Positions 57,793 through 64,000 of a stretch of DNA of 64,000 nucleotides are shown one piece after another. Position 1 is the stretch's first letter. Every line of letters begins with the position of its first letter. Both the position numbers and the translations under genes were made by a program. The stretch is from contig JBKPAK010000024.1 in the NCBI GenBank assembly GCA_046726415.1, forward strand, positions 8,454 to 72,453, written 5' to 3'. The notes under the pieces were generated by a model, which searched no databases, was not told where the DNA came from, and was given only the letters and a program-made list of their open reading frames with translations. The stretch comes from Candidatus Methylomirabilota bacterium (GTDB lineage Bacteria > Methylomirabilota > Methylomirabilia > Rokubacteriales > CSP1-6).

Positions 57793-59592
57793 ATGCAGCA
57801 GCGCGAGAATATTCGAAACATCGCCATCATCGCCCACGTCGATCACGGGAAGACCACCTTGGTCGACGCCATGCTGTGGCAGTCGGGGCTCTTCCGCGAG
57901 AACCAGTCCGTGGCCGAACGGGTCATGGACTCCATGGACCTGGAGCGCGAGAAGGGCATCACCATCATGGCCAAGAACACGGCCATCACCTACCGGGGCG
58001 TCCACGTCAACATCGTGGACACCCCCGGTCACGCCGACTTCGGCTCCGAGGTCGAGCGCACGCTCACCCTCGTCGACGGCGTGCTCCTGCTGGTGGACGC
58101 CGCCGAGGGGCCTCTGCCGCAAACGCGCTTCGTCCTCAAGAAGGCGCTGGAGGCGGGCCTTCCGCCCATCGTGGTCGTCAACAAGATCGACCGCAGCGAC
58201 GCCCGCCCCGCCGAGGTCCTGGACGAGATCTACGACCTCTTCATCGATCTCGACGCCACCGAGGAGCAGCTCGACTTTCCCGTGCTCTATACAAACGCGC
58301 GCGCGGGCACCGCCACTCGCGATCTGAAGGTGTCCGGCACGACCTTGGAACCGCTGTTCGAGACCATTCTGGCCACCGTCCCGCCCCCGCACTTCGATCC
58401 GGCCATCGGCCTCCAGTTCCGCGCGGCCATGCTCGATTGGGACGACTACGTGGGCCGCCTCGTCATCGGCCGCATCGTGAACGGCCACGCGCGTCAGGCC
58501 GATCGAGTGTCGGTGGTGCATCACGACGGATCGGTGGAGCCGGCCAAGGTGACCGTCCTCTACGGCTACGAGGGCCTCAAGCGCATCGAGATTCTGGAGG
58601 CAAGCGCGGGGGACCTGGTGGCCATGGCCGGCATCGAGACGATCGAGATCGGCGAGACGATAGCCGACCTGGAGAGCCCGCTGGCCCTGCCCCCGATTCG
58701 CGTGGACGAGCCGACGGTGTCGATGCTGTTCTCGTCGAGCGTCTCGCCGTTCGCCGGCCGGGAGGGCAAGTACGTGACCTCCACCCAGCTCCGCGAGCGC
58801 CTGGGGAAGGAGCGGCGGGTCAACGTGGGCATCCGCGTGGAGGAGACGGATTCGCCCGACACCTTCCGGGTCTCGGGACGCGGCGAGCTACAGCTCGCCA
58901 TTCTGATCGAGATGATGCGGCGCGAGGGCTTCGAGGTCGAGGTCGGAAAGCCGGAGATCATCACCCGCCAGGAGCAGGGTCGATCGCTCGAGCCGATGGA
59001 GCACCTGGTGATCGACATCCCGGAGGAGTACATCGGCGCAGTCACCCAGAAGATCGGGCCCCGGCGGGGGGTCATGACCAAGATGGTCAATCACGGCACC
59101 GGTCGCGTGCGCCTCGAATATCGCATCCCCGCCCGTGGGCTCATCGGCTACCGCACGGAATTCCTCACCGACACGCGGGGCACCGGACTCCTCAATCACC
59201 TCTTCGACGGCTGGGACGAATGGCAGGGCGACATCGCGCATCGCCAGAACGGCGCGCTGGTGGCCGACCGGCTTGGACGCACCACGTCCTACGCCATCGA
59301 CCACCTCCAGGAGCGCGGGGTGATGTTCGTGGGGCCTGGCGAACAGGTCTACGAGGGGCAGATCGTCGGCGAGAACGCGCGCGACAACGACATGGACGTC
59401 AACATCACCAAGGAGAAGAAGCTCACCAACATGCGCTCCTCCACCGCGGAGGAAGGGGTGAAGCTCACGCCCCCCCACAGCATGAACCTCGAGCAGTGCC
59501 TGGAGTGGATCCGAGAAGACGAGCTGCTCGAAGTGACGCCGAAGTCGCTGCGCCTGCGCAAGCGCGCCCTCAGCGGCCGCCGCCGCTTCTGA
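57793..59592 (+). CDS. typA: Translational GTPase TypA/BipA
   Basis: [42 protein letters not shown]. Confidence 0.97.
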   Translation: MQQRENIRNIAIIAHVDHGKTTLVDAMLWQSGLFRENQSVAERVMDSMDLEREKGITIMAKNTAITYRGVHVNIVDTPGHADFGSEVERTLTLVDGVLLLVDAAEGPLPQTRFVLKKALEAGLPPIVVVNKIDRSDARPAEVLDEIYDLFIDLDATEEQLDFPVLYTNARAGTATRDLKVSGTTLEPLFETILATVPPPHFDPAIGLQFRAAMLDWDDYVGRLVIGRIVNGHARQADRVSVVHHDGSVEPAKVTVLYGYEGLKRIEILEASAGDLVAMAGIETIEIGETIADLESPLALPPIRVDEPTVSMLFSSSVSPFAGREGKYVTSTQLRERLGKERRVNVGIRVEETDSPDTFRVSGRGELQLAILIEMMRREGFEVEVGKPEIITRQEQGRSLEPMEHLVIDIPEEYIGAVTQKIGPRRGVMTKMVNHGTGRVRLEYRIPARGLIGYRTEFLTDTRGTGLLNHLFDGWDEWQGDIAHRQNGALVADRLGRTTSYAIDHLQERGVMFVGPGEQVYEGQIVGENARDNDMDVNITKEKKLTNMRSSTAEEGVKLTPPHSMNLEQCLEWIREDELLEVTPKSLRLRKRALSGRRRF

Positions 59593-59640
59593 GCTCCCGG
59601 GGGTTGCCAGCCATCGCGGGCCGCACCGTAGGAGGTGCCG

Positions 59641-62085
59641 ATGGCAGCGGGCCTGCCCTCCCACGCGCGAGTCGTGGTGATCGGTGGCGGCATCGTCGGC
59701 TGCAGTGTGGCGTATCACCTGACCAAGCTCGGCTGGACCGACGTCGTGCTGCTCGAGCGACGGGATCTCTCGTGTGGGACGACGTGGCACGCGGCCGGAC
59801 TCGTGGGCCAGCTTCGCGCGACCCACAACCTGACCCGCCTCGCCAAGTACGGCGCCGATCTCTACGAGCGCCTCGAGGCAGAGACCGGGCAGGCGACGGG
59901 GTTCCGGCGCCCGGGGAGCGTCAGCGTGGCCCGCACGCCGGAGCGGATGCACGAGCTGAAGCGGGGAGCATCCATGGCACGCTGCTTCGGCGTCGATGTC
60001 GACGTCATCACCCCCAGGGAGGCCGGGCGCCGCTGGCCCTTGATGCGGACGGATGATCTGGTGGGGGCATTGTGGCTTCCGCGAGACGGACGCACGAATC
60101 CCATCGACACGACCCGCGCCCTCGCGCGAGGGGCCCAGCAGAACGGCGCGACCATCCACGAGGACACCGCGGTCATTGGCATCCACCGGCGCAACGGCGC
60201 GGTGACCGGCGTCGCCACCACCAAGGGAGCTGTGAGCTGCGAGGCCATCGTGAACTGTGCGGGAATGTGGGCGCGCCGAGTGGGGCAGATGGCCGGCGTG
60301 GCCGTCCCCCTGCACGCCTCGGAGCACTTCTACATCGTCACCGATCCACTCCCCGGCGTGATCCCTGACTTGCCGGTCCTCCGCGACACCGACGGCTACA
60401 TCTACGTGCGAGAGGAAGTGGGCGGCCTTCTGATGGGCGGCTTCGAGCCGGTGGCCAAGCCCTGGGGCATGGCCGGAATCCCCGACGATTTTGCCTTCTC
60501 GCTGCTCCCCGAAGACTGGGATCACTTCCAGGTTCTGATGGAGCAGGCGCTGGTGAGAATCCCGGCCCTCGCCTCGGCGCCCGTCCGCCGACACGTGAAT
60601 GGGCCCGAGAGCTTCACTCCGGACGGGCGCTACATGCTCGGGGAGGCGCCCGAGTGCCGTAATTTCTTCGTCGCCGCCGGTTTCAACTCGATCGGCATCG
60701 CCTCCGCCGCCGGGGCCGGCCAGGCGGTGGCCGAGTGGATCGTGGGCGGCGAACCGCCCATGGATCTGTGGGACGTGGACATTCGTCGCTTCGCGCCCTT
60801 CCAGGCCAACCCGCGTTACCTGCGCGATCGAACCGTGGAGATGGTGGGCGCGCTCTACGCCATGCATTGGCCCTTCCGCCAGCCGGAGACCGCGCGGGGC
60901 ATGCGCCATAGCCCGCTCCACGATCGGCTGGCCGGTCGGGGCGCGTGTTTCGGCGTGGTCATGGGCTGGGAACGCCCGAACTGGTACGCGCCGGCCGGGA
61001 GCGAGCCGGCCTACCGCTACAGTTACGCACGGCAGAATTGGTTCCCCTGCGCGGCCGAGGAACATCGAGCCGTACGCGAGGCCGTCGGCCTCTTCGATCA
61101 GTCGTCCTTCGCGAAGTTCAGGCTCGAGGGGCCCGACGCGACGGCGGTCCTCCAGACCCTCTGCGCCAACGACGTGGACGTCCCCCCCGGCCGGATCGTC
61201 TATACGGCAATGCTGAACCGGCGAGGGGGCATCGAGGGCGATCTCACGGTCACGCGGATCGCCGAGGACGCCTACCTGATCGTCACTGCGGCGGCCGCTT
61301 CGACCCACAACGCCGACTGGATCCGCCGGCATCTGGGTGACGCGCGGGTCGCCCTCACCGACGTGACGTCGGCCTACGCGGTGCTGGGGGTGATGGGCCC
61401 GCGCGCTCGCGCTATCCTGGCGCGCCTGACGGATGCCGATCTCTCCAACTCCGCGTTCCCCTTTGGCGCCTCGCGGGAGATTTGGGTCGTCTCGGCGCCG
61501 ATCCGGGCGACGCGCATCACCTATGTCGGCGAGCTCGGCTGGGAGCTCTACATCCCCGCTGAGTTCTCACCCGGTGTCTACGACGCGATCGTGGCCGCCG
61601 GAGAGGCCTTCGGGCTTCGCCACGCGGGGTATCACGCCATGGATTCTCTGCGCATGGAGAAGGCATACCGGTCGTGGGGTCACGACCTCGGCTGCGAGGA
61701 CACGCCGCTGGAGGCCGGGCTTGATTTCGCGGTGCGCTGGGACAAGAAGGTCGCGTTCATCGGCCGCGAGTCGCTCCTGGCCCAACGCGAGTCGCCGCGG
61801 CGCCGCCGTCTGGTCGTCTTCACGCTCGACAATCCCGAACCGCTTCTCTACCACGACGAGCCGATCTGGCGGGACGGCGAGCTGGTGGGCCGTATTACCT
61901 CCGCCGCCTATGGCCACACGCTCGGGCGCGCGGTCGGGCTGGGGTACGTCGCCCATCCGGTCGGCGTCGACGACCGTTTCGTCGAGACCGGACGCTGGGA
62001 GCTGGAAATCGCCGGCGAGCGCCATGGTGCTCGCGCCGGGCTCGCGCCACCATATGACCCGAAGGCCCTGCGCGTTCGCGGCTAG
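59641..62085 (+). CDS. GcvT-family FAD dehydrogenase (dimethylglycine/sarcosine dehydrogenase-like)
   Basis: IGGGIVG, GTTWHAAG, NGPESFTPD, GWERP, YVGELGWE, SLRMEK. Confidence 0.93.
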   Translation: MAAGLPSHARVVVIGGGIVGCSVAYHLTKLGWTDVVLLERRDLSCGTTWHAAGLVGQLRATHNLTRLAKYGADLYERLEAETGQATGFRRPGSVSVARTPERMHELKRGASMARCFGVDVDVITPREAGRRWPLMRTDDLVGALWLPRDGRTNPIDTTRALARGAQQNGATIHEDTAVIGIHRRNGAVTGVATTKGAVSCEAIVNCAGMWARRVGQMAGVAVPLHASEHFYIVTDPLPGVIPDLPVLRDTDGYIYVREEVGGLLMGGFEPVAKPWGMAGIPDDFAFSLLPEDWDHFQVLMEQALVRIPALASAPVRRHVNGPESFTPDGRYMLGEAPECRNFFVAAGFNSIGIASAAGAGQAVAEWIVGGEPPMDLWDVDIRRFAPFQANPRYLRDRTVEMVGALYAMHWPFRQPETARGMRHSPLHDRLAGRGACFGVVMGWERPNWYAPAGSEPAYRYSYARQNWFPCAAEEHRAVREAVGLFDQSSFAKFRLEGPDATAVLQTLCANDVDVPPGRIVYTAMLNRRGGIEGDLTVTRIAEDAYLIVTAAAASTHNADWIRRHLGDARVALTDVTSAYAVLGVMGPRARAILARLTDADLSNSAFPFGASREIWVVSAPIRATRITYVGELGWELYIPAEFSPGVYDAIVAAGEAFGLRHAGYHAMDSLRMEKAYRSWGHDLGCEDTPLEAGLDFAVRWDKKVAFIGRESLLAQRESPRRRRLVVFTLDNPEPLLYHDEPIWRDGELVGRITSAAYGHTLGRAVGLGYVAHPVGVDDRFVETGRWELEIAGERHGARAGLAPPYDPKALRVRG

Positions 62086-62404
62086 CCATCTCGCTGCCGC
62101 GTTGAGACCTCCGTCCCGTTCGGCTGCCGACCGCGATGCCCTCGTGACAGTGCCCTGCTTATTTCCTGCGCAGCGCGGCGATGGATGCGTCTGCAGCGCA
62201 GTCCCTGCCCGGAATATCTGCGCAAAGGCCCTGAATCCAGGGGACACATGAGCATGGAGAAATTGGTGCCGAGGCCTGCCCTCCCGAGGCGGTCGCGCGC
62301 GTCCGGCCGGGCAGCGCGCCCGGTCACTCCGAGTTGCGGCCAGCGGAGTCGTTAGGGTAAAAGCCACATAGAGGTTGTTGACCACGCGTGGATCCTTTGG
62401 CGCC

Positions 62405-63199
62405 ATGACCAACCCAATCGAGGCCTCGGCCGCGGAGCGGCTGTCGGTTGGAGGACTGCCGCTGGAGGTGGTTCGCCGAGGCGCGGGTCGGCCACTGCTG
62501 CTCCTGCACGGCCTGCAGAACGTCGACCCCGGGGGGCGCTTTCTCGATCTGCTCGGCCGGCACGCCGAAATCATCGCCCCGTCGCATCCCGGCTTTGGCT
62601 TCTCGGCGCGCCCCGCGGATTTCGAGACCGTGTACGACCTCGTGCATCTCTATCTGGAGCTGCTCGAGGCCCTGCCCTACGCGAAGGTGACGCTGGTGGG
62701 ATTGTCCTTCGGCGGTTGGCTTGCCGCGGAGGTCGCGGCGAAGTGCAGTCACCGCCTGGATCGACTCGTTCTCGTCGACGCGCTCGGCATCAAGATCAGC
62801 GATCGCGAGACTCCGGACATCCTGGACATCTTCAACACATCACCCGCGGAGGTACAGCGGCGGAGCTGGCACGATCCCGGACAGTGGGCGCCGGACTTCA
62901 ACGCGATGTCCGACCATGAGCTGGTGGTCCGCGCCCGGAACTGGGAAGCCCTGTGCCTGTATGGCTGGCATCCCTACATGTACAATCCTCAGCTGAAGCG
63001 CTGGCTTCGCCGGATCACCGCGCCGACCCTCGTGCTCTGGGGTGCCAGTGACGGGATCGTCAAGCCCTCGTACGGACGGGCCTACAGCGCGTTGATCCCC
63101 CGTTCGCGCTTCGAGCTCATCGAGCAGGCGGGACACCACCCGGAGATCGAGCAGCCCGAGGCGTTCGTCGATCGCATCGCAGCGTTCCTCAACGAATAG
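62405..63199 (+). CDS. Alpha/beta fold hydrolase
   Basis: LLLHG, HPGFG, GLSFGGW, WGASD, AGH. Confidence 0.9.
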   Translation: MTNPIEASAAERLSVGGLPLEVVRRGAGRPLLLLHGLQNVDPGGRFLDLLGRHAEIIAPSHPGFGFSARPADFETVYDLVHLYLELLEALPYAKVTLVGLSFGGWLAAEVAAKCSHRLDRLVLVDALGIKISDRETPDILDIFNTSPAEVQRRSWHDPGQWAPDFNAMSDHELVVRARNWEALCLYGWHPYMYNPQLKRWLRRITAPTLVLWGASDGIVKPSYGRAYSALIPRSRFELIEQAGHHPEIEQPEAFVDRIAAFLNE

Positions 63200-63211
63200 G
63201 AAGACGCCGGC

Positions 63212-64000
63212 ATGGACGTGTGGTTTCACAACGAGAACCCGTACCCCTTCGTGCCACAGGAAATCCTCGACCGTGCGGACTCGGTCCGGGCCAGCCTGCC
63301 GAACAAGTACTGCGATCCGAAGATCGCGGCGGACCTGTTCGAGGAGGTCCTCGACGAGTTCATGCTCTGCGATGATCTGGGGCTGAACGTCGTGGCCATC
63401 GAGCATCACGCCGGAATCAACTCGCTGTTTGGAGCCAACCCCCTGATTCTTGGCATCCTGGCTCGTCAGATGCGAAAGGCGCGGATTCTGAGCCTCGGAA
63501 CGCTCATCTCCCTGCGGCCGGACCCGGTGCGAGTCGCCGAGGAGTACGCCACGGCGGACGTCATCTGCCGCGGCCGGCTGGAGATCGGCTTCGTCAAGTC
63601 GGGCGGCAGCGAGATGGCCTCCAACAACGCCAATCCCGTCAACAACATCGAGCGATACTGGGAGGCGATCGACCTGGTCACCAAGGCCCTCACGCACCAG
63701 CAGGGGCCGTTCAGCTGGGAAGGCAAGCACTACGCGCACCGGCACGTCAACATCTGGCCCCGCCCGTGGCAGCAGCCGCATCCGCGGATGTGGGCCGCCA
63801 CCGGCGATCCGGACACGGCCAATGAGGTCGGCCGGCGCGGCATGGTCAACGTCCTGGTCCTGCGCGGCCCGGAGGGGACGAAGCGCGCGTGGGCCGCGTA
63901 TCGCCAGGCGCGCGTGGAGGCCGGTCTTCCCGCGGTCAGCTCCGACCACTTCGGATATGCGGCCCTCCTCTATGTCGGCGACACGCACGAGGAAGGCGTC
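63212..64000 (+). CDS. Luciferase-like (LLM) flavin-dependent monooxygenase, truncated by window end
   Basis: Manual translation MDVWFHNENPYP...IEHHAG...PVRVAEEYATADVICRGRLEIGFV...WPRPWQQPHP; open to end. Confidence 0.9.
   Translation, partial: MDVWFHNENPYPFVPQEILDRADSVRASLPNKYCDPKIAADLFEEVLDEFMLCDDLGLNVVAIEHHAGINSLFGANPLILGILARQMRKARILSLGTLISLRPDPVRVAEEYATADVICRGRLEIGFVKSGGSEMASNNANPVNNIERYWEAIDLVTKALTHQQGPFSWEGKHYAHRHVNIWPRPWQQPHPRMWAATGDPDTANEVGRRGMVNVLVLRGPEGTKRAWAAYRQARVEAGLPAVSSDHFGYAALLYVGDTHEEGV

Noticed and set aside
62086-62400. 300-nt intergenic region as ncRNA or small gene
   Set aside because: No recognisable RNA motif, convincing ORF or repeat found by eye

Overview
High-GC (about 70%) bacterial chromosomal window. 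Gene content (many S9 peptidases, CoA-transferases, a class III cyclase, an LLM/hydrolase pair) is reminiscent of Ca. Rokubacteria/Methylomirabilota; this is an inference only. About 57 CDS are supported, and no rRNA, tRNA, CRISPR or intact transposase was seen. Housekeeping genes: glnD, hisC, tmk-holB-ricT-metG...tatD, typA, ilvE and tandem cyclophilins. A roughly 17 kb Mo/W island carries modAB, tupAB-modC-tupC, two short ModE-like regulators, mop, moaC, a TusA/DsrE sulfur relay, an XDH-family enzyme, a tungsten AOR and MoaD. Most notable: (1) a branched signalling module, a 7TM kinase plus a sigma54 activator plus a REC-cyclase with a duplicated receiver domain, with matching sigma54 promoters and palindromic upstream sites; (2) an in-frame fusion of a CDP-alcohol phosphatidyltransferase to a signal-peptide-like segment, TPR repeats and a lytic transglycosylase; (3) a dispersed two-hairpin REP-like repeat family, one copy of which appears to supply the start codon of a gene; (4) repeated leaderless-promoter architecture; (5) three gene remnants with the middle deleted, and a MoaD lacking its stop after Gly-Gly. 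All calls are from motif recognition by eye; no database searches were run.
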